In this document: positions 10,370 to 23,371 of the stretch, piece by piece | How the letters are laid out: each line of letters opens with the position of its first letter | Numbering within the stretch: position 1 is the first letter of the stretch | From: Squalus acanthias | Lineage: Eukaryota | DNA: 64,000 nt | Assembly (NCBI GenBank): GCA_030390025.1 | Contig: CM059432.1 | Span: forward strand, 145,764,001-145,828,000 | Reading direction: 5' to 3' | Position numbers and translations under genes: made by a program | The notes under the pieces: model-generated | Seen by the model: the letters and a program-made list of their open reading frames with translations, nothing else | Told to the model about the DNA's origin: nothing | Databases searched by the model: none

Positions 10370-11170
10370 CCGCTCAGCGCCGGCACTTCACTGGCGCCCC
10401 CTGGCGAGCCGCGCGCGCACATGCACGCCCACCCACCTCTCCCTCCTGTCTCTGCGCGATGAGGTCACCGCGTTGCGGCGGCGTGATGTGATGTGATGTA
10501 CGTGCGTGACGTGACGTGACCTGACGCGACGCGCGACCAACGGCTGTCGGGCCTGTGATGGCGGCGAGCCCGGGGGTTTGGGCGCCGGTTCTCTGTCGCA
10601 CGGACTGAGCGTCAATGCGGGGGAAAAGAAGGCCCGCCGGGGGACGCGTTTCACGGGGGGCGGCAGTGAAATCTCTATGGAGGACGGGGGAGGAAAGCTG
10701 GTGATCCGCCTCGTACAAAGGTAGGCCTCTCGGCGGCCAGCCGGCCCGGGTTAGCGCGGGTGGGGGAGAAAGGCAACTCGGACCCGGGCGGGAGCGGGAG
10801 CGGCCGGTCCCTCCCTTTTACCCGCTCTCTTGGCGCCCAAAGCCCCCTCGGGGAGGAGGCGGCGGCGGCAGGGCTGCACGGTGAGGCCGGGGCGGTGGGT
10901 GAATGAGCGAGGCCCGGCCCGGGGCGGGCGGGCGGGACGGCGAGCGCTTTGCCGCCGGCCCGGGGAGTTGCTCCGCTTCACTCGCTGCGCGGCAGGAAGT
11001 TGTGGTGCAGCCATTCTCCCGCAGAAAGGCGGTTTCTGAGGCTGGAGAGGTTGGAAGCTGGGCCTCGGGACATTGTGCACCGCCCGCCCGTTAAACGATC
11101 GGAGGTTGCGGGACAAACTGCAAACTCACTGGAATCGCGCGAGTCCGGGACCGTTTCATGGGGGCATGGA
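10370..11170. promoter_or_regulatory. KBTBD2: CpG island, probable KBTBD2 promoter
   Basis: Very GC- and CpG-rich block in an otherwise CpG-depleted window. Contains GC boxes, TGACG/TGACGT sites, a YY1-like GATGGCGGC (~10557) and an ETS-like CAGGAAGT (~10993). It is the only non-repeat CpG island upstream of the KBTBD2 ATG. Confidence 0.8.
10545..10720 (+). other. KBTBD2: Candidate non-coding exon 1 of KBTBD2 (TSS approximate)
   Basis: Donor AAG|gtaggc after 10720 inside the CpG island. The first coding exon begins with a splice acceptor, which implies an upstream exon. Confidence 0.6.
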
Positions 11171-11532
11171 ACCGTCTCCGGATTGAGGGGATGAACAGCA
11201 GGAGCAACTGCAGGGTGATGATTCCATCAGGGACATGCACAGTGTATCTGGACTAAAAAAAAATACCGACTATAATCTAACGACGTTCAATTCAAAACGT
11301 CAAAATGGATCGCATTTTACCCCGAATGCACATCAGTGAGGAGAAACTTTTTACTCTGTTTACACTGTGTATGCAGTAAGCTTGGAAGCAGTAAGCTTGA
11401 TTATGGTGTGAGAACACCAAGAGCGGTGCTGTGAAGTGGAAACTGGCTAATTTAACTTCAGCCACGCATGTTGTGCCTTCCAGGAAGTGGGTCTTCGTTT
11501 ACGTGAAATAATGTCCACCCTCCACCACTTTA

Positions 11533-13990
11533 GAAACGTAGGCCATTCAGCCCCTCCTGCCTGTTCTGCCATTTAATTAGATCATGGCTGGACTGTATTT
11601 AACTCTATTTACCCGCCTTGGTTCTGTAACCCTTAATACCCTTGCTTAACAAAATCTATCAATCTATTTTGAAATTTTCATTTGACACCCTGCCCGCCTG
11701 CCTGCCTCAACATTGTGATGAATCTGTGCAGCACCCCCTCCTTCCTGAGGTGCGGTGCCCAGAACTGAATGCAGTACTCCAGATGGGGTCTAACTAGAGC
11801 TCAGTACAGGTGTAACATAACTTCCTTTGAATTAATCTTCGGAATTCTCTACCCCAGAAAACTGTGGATGCTCAGTCGTTAAGTATTTAAAAGACAGAGA
11901 TCGATAGATTTTTGGATACTAAGGGAATCAAGGGCTATGAGGATAATGTGGCAAGGTGGAGTTGATGCAGATGATCAGCCATGATCTTATCAAAGGGCCG
12001 TATGGCCTACTCCTGCTCCGACTTCTTATGTTCCACCCTTTGTATTCCAGCCCTCTTGAGATAAAGGCCAACATTCCGTTCGCCTTTTTAATTATTTTTT
12101 GTACCTGTCCACTAGCTTTTAGTGATTTCTGTACTTGGGCTCCTAAATCTCTTGGCTCCTCCACAGTTCCTAGCTTCTTGCCGTTTAGAAAATATCTATT
12201 TTTCTCGGGTCCAGAGTGGATGACCTCACACTTCACCACATTGACCTCCATCTGCCACAGTTTTGCCCACTCACTTAATCTATCAATGTCCCTTTGCAAC
12301 TTTCTGCTCACATCTACACTATTTACTGTGCCACGTAACTTAGTGCCGTCAGCAAACTTAGATATATGGCTCTCTATTCTTTCCTCCAAATGATTTATAA
12401 ATATATTTAAAAGCTGAGTACAGATCCCTGAGGATACCACTGGACCCTTCCTGCCAATTTGAGTATATACACATTATCCCTACTCTCTCTCTCCTGCCCC
12501 CTAACCAATTCCCTATCCAAGCCAATAGGTTATCCAATTCCATGCACTCTCATTTTTGTTAATCTCTTATGTGGAACTTTGTCGAATGCCTTCTGGAAGT
12601 CCATAGAACATCTATAGACACTCCTTATCTACCACATTTGTTACCTCATCAAAAAATTTAACTCGTTTTGTGAGACATGACGTATCCTTTACAAATCCAT
12701 GTTCACTCTCTCTGATCAGTTTATTTTTGTCCAAATGCTCAGTCACTTTGTCCCTAATAACTGACGTTTGACTAATAGGCCTATAATTTCCTAGTTTATC
12801 TCTCCTACCCTTCTTAAATAGCGGAGTGACATTGGCAGTTTTCCAATCCAAGGGGACAATTCCTGAATCAAGAGAGTTTTGGAAGATCATGACTAATACA
12901 TCAACAATTTCCTCACCTACTTTTAATGCCCTGGGGTGGAAACAATCGGATCCTGGGGATTTATCTTACTGTAGTCTCATCAGTTTCTCCATCACTTTTT
13001 TTTTACTTGAATTGAATCTAGTTAGTTCCTCCCCTTGATTTATTTTTATTTTTCCTTGTATCTCTGGTATTTTATACTCATCCTCTGCTGTGAACACCGA
13101 TACAAAGCAGTTATTTAGTAAGTCTGCCATTTCCTGATTTCCAATTACATTATCACCTGCATCTGTCTTTAAGGGGCCCACACTATTCTTAGCCACCCTC
13201 TTTCTCTTAATATATTTGTAAAAACCTTTAGTGCTGTCCTTGATATCCCTCACAAGCTTTTTCTCATTTCCTTTTTGCAGCTCTAACTACTTACTTTGTA
13301 TTAACTTATATCTCTCCCAGTCTGTGGGATCTCTACTGTTCTTTGTATTTGTATATGCACTTTCTTTCAGTTTTATACTACCTCTCACTTCCCTTGTTGA
13401 CCAAGGTTGTTTGATTACACAAGTAGAGCTATTGCCCTTTAAGGGTATGTACCAAATCCCTTTCTGAACACCTCCCACTGTTCATCTGTAGTTTTAACAG
13501 TTAATAGTTCTGCCCAGTCTACTGTGGTCAATTCCTGCCTCATCCCTCCAAAGTTAGCCTTACCTAAATTTAAAAGCTTGGTTTGTGACTCATCCTTCTC
13601 CCTCTCAAACCTAATATTGAATTCAGTCATGTTATGGTCACTGTTAGCTCAGTGTTCCCTTACCATTAGATTATTGACTAATTCAGGCTCATGACTCGTC
13701 ACTAAATCAAAGATGGCCTGTTCTTTTTTTGGTTCAAGAAAATAATTTTCCAGAAAATTGTCTTGGCTAAACTCAAGAAATTTGCTGCCTTTGGGACTTG
13801 AGCTGTTCTGCTTCCACTAGTATGTGTGAAAATTAAAGTCTCCCATTATAACTACTCTGTTTTTGCAACAAGCTTCTCTGATCTACGTGTTTATGTATCC
13901 TGCTGCTACTTCACTGCTATCTGGAGGTCTATAAACAGCTCCCACCAAAGTTTTGCATCCTTTTTTATTTTTCCATTCTACCCAGAGAGT
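11533..13990 (-). mobile_element. Degenerate CR1 LINE (EN-linker-RT to 3' tail) containing a plus-strand CR1 3' tail at ~11830-12033
   Basis: Frameshifted ORFs 11928-13630(-) with WKTANVTPLFKKG, HGFVKD and ISKFADGTK; 3' tail at 11533-11700. Confidence 0.88.
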
Positions 13991-14039
13991 TTCAGCTGCC
14001 TGCTCTTTACTGATGCCTTCTATTACTACCCTTTTGATT

Positions 14040-14360
14040 GGGTAGTTAAAACAAATCAACTGTAACTTAATAAAACTTTAAATAAAACTTAACAAACTAA
14101 ATTAGAATTTGATTGGCCGGGGTGATGATGCACTCCAGTCCCCGCGGCGCCCACCGGTCGCGGAAGGCCTCAAGTGTGCCGGCGGAATCGCCAGGCCCAG
14201 GAGCAGTCCTACGAGGAGGTCCTCCGATCTGCCCGCTCCCCTCCGCACCGGATGACCAAAGATCAGGAGCGTGGGACTGAAGTGCAGCCAAAAATCGAGG
14301 AGCAGCCCCTTTAGGGGCTGCAACCTCACATTCAGCGTAAATATGGAAAACGGACTCCTC
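14040..14360 (-). mobile_element. L1-Tx1 3' fragment, same family as 9800-10345
   Basis: RLQPLKGLLLDFWLHFSPTLLIFGHPVRRGAG and AGTLEAFRDRWAPRGLECIITP are nearly identical to the upstream copy. Confidence 0.8.
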
Positions 14361-14398
14361 TAGGCATGCCTTCTATTACTAAGTTATGCGGTGAGCAC

Positions 14399-14543
14399 CA
14401 ATGTCCCCCCTAAGCTGCGTGGACATGTAGCAATCCGGAGGTCCCGCGCAGGCCGCTCACAAGCTGGAAGAGATACCGTGCATGCGCGGCCCCGCAGCAA
14501 ATTTAAAGGCACCGCGCATGAAAAGATATTAGAGGGAACACTG
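14399..14543. mobile_element. 145-bp MITE with CAGTGTTCCCTCTAA-type TIRs (hAT-like)
   Basis: Left CAATGTCCCCCCTAA versus reverse complement of right CAGTGTTCCCTCTAA (12/15 match). No clear TSD. Confidence 0.55.
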
Positions 14544-14799
14544 CCCTCTTCTGATGCTGAAATCGATAATTCCTTCTTATCACTAGTCTAGAAAACTTTT
14601 TACTTTTAAAAATAGTCTTCAAAGCAAAGTAAGTTGCTAATAAAGGCAGGGCAAACTTAGCTATATGTTTACAGCATTTTCTAACTTGTCATCCTTGAGT
14701 GATCATTGGTAGTTTCACCTCTATTACTATTGATAAGTTTATTTTGGAGCAGAAAGCATATAAAATAGAAGCAAAAGCCTTTATTTCATTATAAATACC

Positions 14800-15780
14800 G
14801 TACTGGCCATCTAATTATGGGTGCATTATTGGGCCATGTAACCAAATTTGAGCTCTGGGCAGAGCAGTGCTTCAAGCAGTGGAAAGTGCGGCGAAATGAA
14901 TGTGTCAGTGAATACAAGCTTGTTGCATGTTCTTCTATCCTCAGCATTCTTAGGGTTTTTGTAATCAGTTTCCAGCATGTTAACATCTGTACGTAAGTTA
15001 TATAAGTATGTATTGCTCGTTTTCCATATATTTTTTATTGTGGAACAGTAACTTTTGTAAGCTGTTGGTTCTTTTGGTTCTCCAGTTTTGATTTTGAATC
15101 CTATTCCATACAGGTGAAGTTGAATGTTTGCTTCATGCTTGAACTGGGTGACTGGAGTGGACAGCAAAGTCCCACTACTTTAACTAATTCAGGCTCATTA
15201 CTCCTCACTAAATCCAAGATGGAGTTTTGCCTGGCAATATCACCAAACCTACATTGTTGCAAGATGTACAATATGATCACGGCTATAGATTCAGGAATAT
15301 TCAAACTTTTTGTCTTGTCCTCTTGAGGGCCGCACAAAGTTTGTCAGAGTTCCCAGTAATTTGCAGTTCCTAAGATTTGGATACTATGGAACTTGGTGTT
15401 CTGATTTAGTATTTATCCACAAATAAAACTACATTGTTAAGGATATACTCACTCCAAATCTCCAGGCTCACAGAATTCAAAGGCAAACCAGAGTATGTTA
15501 TTTCTTTAACATCTTTGTAGTTTCTTGTCTCTTGCAAGTCTAATAATGTTCCCATCTCTTCCCTTGACTCCATGCTTCCTACTTCATCTATCAACATTCT
15601 TGGCATTGTCATTTTCCTCTGGCCTCAAATGGAAGCCCTAAATTTCCTTCATTACTATAGCTACCACCAAGAAGCTCGGCTTTTATGCCAAGCACTTTTA
15701 TCCACAACTCTCATGAATATTACTGATATGAGAAATTCTACTAACACCTCTAGACAGAATATGAGAAAAGGCTGAGATTA
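14800..15780 (-). mobile_element. Highly decayed Ty3/Gypsy integrase relic with a small CR1 fragment inside (~15140-15240)
   Basis: Minus-strand fragments in integrase order: IHESCG*KC..SRASWW..MKEI..QCQE (HHCC finger), VLFVDKY, NIPESI, STIKNIWKTSNTYLYNLRT. Confidence 0.45.
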
Positions 15781-16089
15781 AAAACTTTGGAATAATGTGT
15801 GTGGTAAGTGACTTTTCAAAGGGTGCAGACTCATTGCTTGACCATCTGTGCTGGTCTTATGAGCTAAGAATATTCATTGCCAGTGATTGATCTCTCTCTA
15901 CGTTAATCCTTAGTTTAATTCTGATTATGATCCTTGTCATTTTAACTCGTACCTCAATAACCTCTACCTAGAATGGCTATACTTCTACTAAATTGCTGTT
16001 TTTCAGCTCCACAGTAATAATGGGGCCGAATTAATTCACTCCATTGTTGTCGGTTCTGAACTAGCCTGGCCACTTCAGTCACCTGTGTC

Positions 16090-16590
16090 CCTTTCTGTAG
16101 CAAATCACTCTTGTCCATCCAGCACTTCCTTGGTCTTCCTCAGCTTCTTTCTCCATGTACCTTTTTGTGCCGGGCCATGAAAGGTATCTAGCTGTCTCCA
16201 TTCAGGAAACGTGCCCAAACCATCGCAGTCATCTTTCTTGGATCTTCTGTATAAATGTTGTTTCTTGTCCAAGGCATGTTCTTATTATATCATTCTTGAT
16301 TCTTTGCATCCTGCATAGTCCCAGTATTCATCTCAACCAACTCCGCTCTGTTAGTATCTTTTGCTCATAACTTTTCTCATGTTCCAACACTCAGATCCGT
16401 ATAATAATATGGGCATAATCATCGCTTCATAAACTCTTACCTTCGTTTTTACCAAAATACCTTTAGCCTTCCATGTCCTGCTTAATCTTCCAAAATCAGC
16501 AGAAGCCAGTCCAATCCTTCTTTTGATGCCTTCTTCACAACACCCATTCTCTGACACTAACCCACCAGGGACAAATGTTTCCACCTGTTA
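16090..16590 (-). mobile_element. RTE-clade LINE fragment
   Basis: EEGIKRRIGLASADFGRL..KTKVRVYEAMIMPILLYGSECW and LRWFGHV downstream. Confidence 0.8.
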
Positions 16591-16881
16591 AACTGCATAC
16601 CTTGGGAGATTTTTTACACTAGTGTAAGATCCCACTGATTCCCCACCGCTTTATCAGAGCTCAGAAACTGATGCCTATTGGGATATCCTGCAAGAATGTA
16701 GTTGGTATATTGAATTTTGTTTAGTAGATTAGGTACAGCTGGTGTTTGCGTTATCCTTATTGGCACTGCTAGATATCTTTCTATAATTCTTCTAATCAGG
16801 TTTTCATTGTGTACTATCTGGTTTTTAAGACCAAGTCTCAGAAGTGCATATATAAACTTGATGGACCAAAATTACTCAAAA

Positions 16882-18195
16882 GGGTGCCAGCCTTGGCTCA
16901 GTGGTTAGCGCTCTTGCCTCGGAGTCAGAAAGTTGTGGCTTCAGCCCCACTTCTGAGACTTGAGCACATAATCTAGGTTGACACTTCACTGCACTGCGTA
17001 AGGTGCTGGATGAGACATTGAACCAAGGCCCCGTCTCAGGCAGTCGCCATGGTGAGGGATGGAATCGGTGGCTAGAAAATGGAGTATGTGGCGGTGACTG
17101 AAGACAATGGCTTTGGTCTTCCCAATGTTTAATTGGAGGAAATTTCTGCTCATCCAGTACTGGATGTTGGACAAGCAACTTGACAAATCAGAGGCGGTGG
17201 TGGTGAGGTGGAGCTGGGTGTTGTCAGCTTACTTGTGGAACCTAATGTATTTTTGGATGATGTCGCCAAGGGGCAGCATGTAGATGAGAAATAGGAGGGT
17301 GCCAAGGATAGATCCTTGGGAGACTCCAAAGTTAATGGTGTGTGAGCAGGAAGAGAACCCATTGCAGGTGAATCTCTGGCTAGGACTAGATAGATAGGAA
17401 TGGAACCAGGTGAGGGCAGCACCACCCAACTGGACAACGGAGGAGAGATGTTGGAGGAGGTTGGTGTGGTCAACTGTATCAGGCTGCAGACAGGTCTAGA
17501 AGGATGAGGAGGGATAGCTTACCATGGTTACAGTCACATAGGATGTCACTGCTACAAATAGCCTCCCAAATTGCCTCACCTTGTATATTACATGAACCTG
17601 ATGTAGCAGTTATAAGTTGTCTAATTAGGAAAATTGTTTTGATCTTAAAAAAACTTTGCCAATGGATTATTTTGGTAGTTGAATATTCTGTTTATGATTG
17701 AAACATTACATCAAATGCTTGACCATCTTAAACCATCATAAAATGGTTGACTGATAAAGTTGCCAGTGAAATTATGCTGTACTGGTCTGAGAATTTCAAC
17801 AAGAAGTTGCATTTATATAGCGCCTTTACATAGGAAAACCTCCCAAGGTGCTTCACAGGAGCGCAATAAGACAAAAATTAACACCGAGCCAAAGAAGGAG
17901 ACATTAGGACAGGTGACTAAAAGCTACGTCAGAGGTAAGTTTTAAGGAGCCTCCTAAAGGACGAGAGAAGTGGAGAGACTGAGAAGCTTTGGGAGGAAAT
18001 TTCAGAACTTGGAGCTTTTACTGCTGTCGGCATGGCCACCAATGGTGGGTGAAGGGAGGTGGGATGCAGAAGAGTTCAGAGTTAGGGAATGCAGATTTCT
18101 TGGAGGGTTGTAGGGCTGGAGGAGGTTATAGAGATAGGAAGGGGTGAGGCCATGGAGGGATTTGAACACAAGGATGAGAATTCTAAAATTGAAGC
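16882..18195. mobile_element. Deu-SINE head (+, 16882-17038) followed by L2 LINE fragments (-, 17035-17550 and 17797-18195)
   Basis: GVSQGSILGTLLFLIYMLPLGDII, WMSRNFLQLNIGKTKAIVF and FRILILVFKSLHGLTPSYL (L2 ORF2); L2 tail at ~17800. Confidence 0.82.
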
Positions 18196-18739
18196 CCTTA
18201 GCCAGAAGGAAACAAGCTGAGTGTTTTTTTGATGGGATTTGACCCAATAAAGTATAACTACAGGAGGCGATAGTTTTTGGTAATACTTGTTGTCAAGGAT
18301 GAACAGGTTATTTGAGTGAAGGTGGGCTTAAAAGTATTCTCCTAAATTGCCAGGCCTTCAGTTTCCAAAACCAGAGCGGGTACTTAGTTTCCCAAACTTC
18401 AGGCTCAGTCACTGGCCAGCACAGATCCAAATGATTGTGAAATGGTCACTATGTCCTCAACAGAATGCATGCTTGGGAATGGAGACTAGGACTTGCCTGC
18501 TAAACTTACTGCACAGCTTACCATTCAGCTACTTCCTCAAGTCTAATAGAGAGCCAGAAACACACGTTGCTGCAACCTTCTCAGCCCGGAGTGATGCCTA
18601 TGACTCTCTGAAATCCCCATAATCAGCCCTCTCCCCAATCTGGTACAAGGAGGACTAATCTATGGATTCAGAGCCTGGCACAATAAAATTATCTCTACGT
18701 TAGACAGACTTATCTACAAGGACCAGGTTATGCTCATCA

Positions 18740-19085
18740 TCGGTTAGTCGACAAACTTCTTCTGTATGCATTGGAAATATGAACTGTTGCTTAAGCATAC
18801 CAGGCAAAAATTGACACAGCAGATCAGTGGTGTCTTCACTGTATCTGCTGCATTCGGTGGTGTGACTGTCACTAATAGGTCAGAAAGGTGACCGACCAAC
18901 GTGTGCACAATTGCTAAATGACGTTTGTTGCTGTTTGGGCATGTGGCAAGACTTGACTGGTCACTTGACGCCTCCAGGGCACTCGGAGCTTGTTCTCCAA
19001 AGACCTGGAAACTCTACCCGGAAAGCCAAGTAGCACCTGGCTCTCAACTGTTACAGCTGACTTCAGGACCGTGAATCTTCGTAAT
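18740..19085 (+). mobile_element. RTE/Expander-like LINE fragment
   Basis: LLFGHVARL followed by a decayed W..PGKP..TWL.TV.AD motif. Confidence 0.5.
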
Positions 19086-19099
19086 GAGGAGAGTCGAGG

Positions 19100-20645
19100 A
19101 CAAACCTGAGTGCGAAAGACAAGGCTGGAGCATTTGCAACCATCTTCAGCCAGACGTGCTGAGTGGATGATCCATCTCTGCCTCCTCCCGAGGTCCCCAC
19201 CATCGTAGATGTCGGTCTTCAGTCAACTCGATTCACTCCACGTGATATCAAGAAATGGCTGAGCGTATTGGATATAGCAAAGGCTACAAGTCCCAACAAC
19301 ATTTGAAGACCTGTGCTCCAGGCTGAGCTGCGCATCTAGCCAAGCTGTTTCAGCACAGCTACAACACTGGCATCTACCCGTCAATATGAAAAATTGTTCA
19401 AGTATGTCCTGTCCACAAAATGGATAAATCCAACCCGGCCAATTACAGTCCTATTAGCCTAATCTCAATCATCAGCAAATTGGTATGAAGCGGCGCTTAT
19501 TCACCAATAGCCTGCTTGCCAGTGCACAAGTTGGGTTCCGCCAGGACCACTCTGTTCCAGATCTCATTACAGCCTTGGTCCAAACATGGACAAAGGAACT
19601 GAATTCCAGAGGTGAGGTGAGAGCGACGGCCCTTGACATCAAGGCGCCATTCAACCGAGTGTGGCGTCAAGGAGTCCTAGTAAAACTGAAGTTAATGGGG
19701 ATTGGGGGGAAACTCTCCACTGGCTGGAGTCACAAAGGAAGGTGGTTGTTGCAGGCCAGTCATCTCAGTCCCAGGACATTGCTGCAGAAGTTACTCAGGC
19801 AGCGTCCAAGGCCCAACTATTCAGCTGCTTCATCAATGACCTCTCCATCATGTGGTCAGAAATGAAGATGTAGCTGATTGCAGTGTTCAGCTCCATTTGT
19901 AATTCCTTAGATAATGAAGCATGCAGCAAGACCTGGACAACATCCAGACTTGGGCTGTAAGTGGAAAGTAATATACACACATGCCAGGCAAAGACCATCT
20001 CCAACAAGAGTCTAACCACCTCTCCATGACATTCAATGGCATTGCCATCACTGAAACCCCCACCATCAACATCCTGGAGGTTGCCATTGACCAGAAACTC
20101 AACTGGATCAGCCACAAATGCAGATGCTAGGTATTCTGCAGAAAGTGGCTCATTTCCTGACTTCCTGAAGCCTCTCCGTCAGGAGTGTGATGAAGTACTC
20201 TCCACTTGCCTGGATGGATGCAGCCTCAACAACTTTCAAGAAGCTCGACACTATCCAGGACACAGCAGTCCACTTGATCGGCAGCTCATCCACCACCTTA
20301 AGCATCCACTGGTGGAGCAACTCACGAAGGCTTCTTTGGCAGCACCTCCCAAACATATGACCTAGAAGGATGAGGGCAGCAGGCGCATGGGAGCACTATC
20401 ACCTCCAAGTTCCCCAAGTCACACTCCATCCTGATTTGGACATCTAGCGTTGTTCCTCCATAGGCGCTGGGTCATAATCCTGGAACTCCATACGTAACAG
20501 CACTGTGGGGGTAACGTTCACCACACGGACTGCAGCGGTTCAAGAAAATGGTTCACCACCACCTTCTCAAGGGCAACTAGAGATGGGCAATAAATGCTGG
20601 CCTTGCTCGCGATGCCCATATCCCGAGAGAGTATTCAAAAAAAAA
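19100..20645 (+). mobile_element. LINE-B (CR1-group) copy, degenerate RT to 3' tail
   Basis: QVGFRQDHSVPDLITALVQTWTKELNSRGEVRATALDIKAPFNRVW; tail gatgggcaataaatgctggcc followed by an A-run. Confidence 0.88.
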
Positions 20646-20729
20646 GCCTTCCATTGTAAACACTTCTATCCTATCGCCCCATAGTTTGCATTGTCTTAAC
20701 AAAAAATGATCAGTCTCTTATTTGTATTT

Positions 20730-22037
20730 CCTCATCCCAGGCAGCATCCCAGTTAATCTGTGTAGTATCCTCTCTGAAGCCTCAAGTTCCTTCCTATAGT
20801 GTGGAGCCCAATACTGTACCCAGTACTCTAACTGAGGTCTTAAAGGTTTTAATATAGGCTCATCGTCTCCTCTTGGCTTTTATATTCTATACCTCTTGTG
20901 ATAAAACCTAGAATTCCATTAGCTATTACTACAGCTTCATCAACTGAGATGCTGCCTTTAATTCTCTGTGATACTGTACCCCCAAATTCCTCTGTTCTTC
21001 CACAGCCTACTTCCATTCACAGTATCATTACTGCTGTTTTTTTTTTAACCAAAATGCAGCACCTCACTCACTGACATTAAAATCTATCTGCCACTTTAGC
21101 TCATTCTCCTATCTTAGCAGTGTCCCTTTGAAGGGCACACCACTACCTACTGGAAACCACTATGAAAATCTGTTCTTAACTCCTACACTCTGTTTTCTCC
21201 CTTCTAACTAGTTTAGCCATTTCTCTCTCTCCCCTTCTCTCTCCCCCCTCCCCCCCCATCCCCCCCTCCCCTCCCCCCCCATCCCCCCCTCAAATGCCTT
21301 ATAAATTTCTCTAGTAATCTCCCATGTGGTATCTTGCCAGAGGCTTTCCTGTGGTCCATGTGCATTACCTTCACTGTATTTCCCCATCTCACATGTCTGG
21401 TGCTCCTCAAAGAATTCTGATGTTTGTCAAGCACATTTGTCCATTTTGGAATCAGTGCTGGCTACTTCTAACTGTTTTTATCTAGATCAAACCCATGTCT
21501 CGGGTGTGACCACATCTGGAGCACTGAGTACAGTTCTGGGCACTGCACCTTAGAAAGGATATATTGGTCTTGGAAGGAGTGCAGTGCAGATTCACCAGAA
21601 TGTTACCAGGGCTCCAAGGATTAGATTGAGGAGAGATTACATAAACTAGGCTTGTATTCTCTGGAATATAGATGGTTAAAGGGTGATTTGATTGAGGATT
21701 TTGAAAGGAATTGGTGGGGTAGATAGAGAAATGTTTCTGCTGGTGGGTGAGTCTAGGGCAAGGGGGACATAACCTTAAAATCAGAGCCAGGCCATTCAGG
21801 AGAGAAGTCAGCAAACTCTTCTTCACGCAAAGGGTGGTAGAAGTGTGGAACTCTCTCCCACTAAAAGCAGTAGATGCTAGCTCAATTAATAATTTTAAAG
21901 CTGAGATTGATAGATTTTTGCTAAACAAGGGTATTAAATGATGTGGAGCCAAGGCAGGTGGATGGAGTTAAGATACCGATCAGCCCTGATCTCATTGGAC
22001 AGACTCAGAGGGCTGAATGGCCTACTCATGTTCCTAT
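20730..22037. mobile_element. CR1 fragments (minus ~20730-21470, plus 3' end ~21495-22037)
   Basis: FRREVSKLFFTQRVVEVWNSLP and a CR1 tail on +; decayed RT on -. Confidence 0.75.
21221..21292. repeat. C-rich polypyrimidine low-complexity tract
   Basis: (ct)n followed by multiple C5-C8 runs. Confidence 0.9.
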
Positions 22038-22117
22038 GAAAGGGCAATTTGTAATCCAGTGTGTTGCCAGTCCTTTGTATGAAGTATTTAATATAATTTG
22101 ACCTGTCAAGTATTGTG

Positions 22118-22530
22118 GAAACTTGCATTTATATAGCACATTTCATGTCCTCAGGACATCCCAAACCAGTGAAATACCTTTTGAAGTGTAGTCATTGTTG
22201 TAATGTAGGCAAACATGGCATCCAATTTACACACAGCAAGATCACATGAACAGCAATGAAATGAATGAACAGTTAATCTGTTTTTGTGGTGTTGATTGAA
22301 GGATAAATGTTGGCCAGGATACCTGGAGAACTCCACAGCTCTTTTGAATAGTGCCATGGGATGTTTTACATCCACCTAAGAGGGCAGACGGGGCTCTGTT
22401 TAATGTCTCATTCGAAAGCACTCCCTCAGTACTGCACTGAAGTGTCCCTGGATTACCTGCTCAGGTCTCTGGAGTATGACCTGAACCTAGGATCTTTTGA
22501 CTTGGATAAGAGTGCTACCACTGAGCCAGA
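22118..22530 (-). mobile_element. Deu-SINE
   Basis: Reverse complement of the Deu core (aatagtgccatgggatgttttacatccacc..agggcagacgggg) and tail. Confidence 0.82.
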
Positions 22531-23371
22531 GTTACATTTTTCAAGCCAAATTTCTAACAAAAGTGTAGCATTTTGTACCGTACCTGAAGACAGTGATGGA
22601 AAACCACTTGCTGTACTTTATCTAACATTTTTGCTAAAATCATCCCATTTATCTTGAATTCAGCTGTACACAAGTGGATAAATATGTTTGCATTAACTCC
22701 TTAGAAATTTGAGATTTTTCTTTCAACTTAAAGTTTTTCTTCGGTTCATTTTTCACTCTCCTCTGTCAGGAGTGCAGGCTGGTGATATTAGGAACGTAGT
22801 CTGCATTTTGAAAAATGTGATCATGGAAGAAAAAAGCCTCACTTTAAAAGGACTGGAGGAGGCAAAATGAATACTATTCACAGGCCTACAGTTCCACTGT
22901 CCAAGGTTCTGGACTACTACAATTAAGGTCACATCAACAGAATATAAGTGGAATGATGTATGTAGAGACAGAGGTGGGGGCTGCTTGTCGTCTAATTTTT
23001 TTCGCTTAATTTTTCACAAAGCTAAGGGTGTAAATCTGAAATAGCAAGTAGATTATGATAAAGGGGGAGGATAGAGAGCATGAGTAATTGAGAGAGAAAG
23101 GCATTGATCACTTTCAAAAAGTGCTTTTAAAAAGCCATATATAACTGTGGCTCTGTGTTTGAAATGATTTCTAGAAATTTTAGTAGTTGGATTGTTAACA
23201 CAAATATGGCAAAGAATTGAGAACTAAATGTGTTCCTTTTGCAAAATAGTGCTTCTGTTCTCTGGCTATTTATAATAGCCTTTTGCATTTTGCTGGACTG
23301 ACCATAGAGGCTCCCTGAGGTCACTAGGTTCCTTTCCCTCCCAGCACATTACTTCTGTTGCTTCTATTGTG

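Noticed and set aside
10374..11194. Several Arg/Pro/Gly-rich ORFs on both strands
   Set aside because: Expected stop-codon depletion in a CpG island; no recognisable domains.
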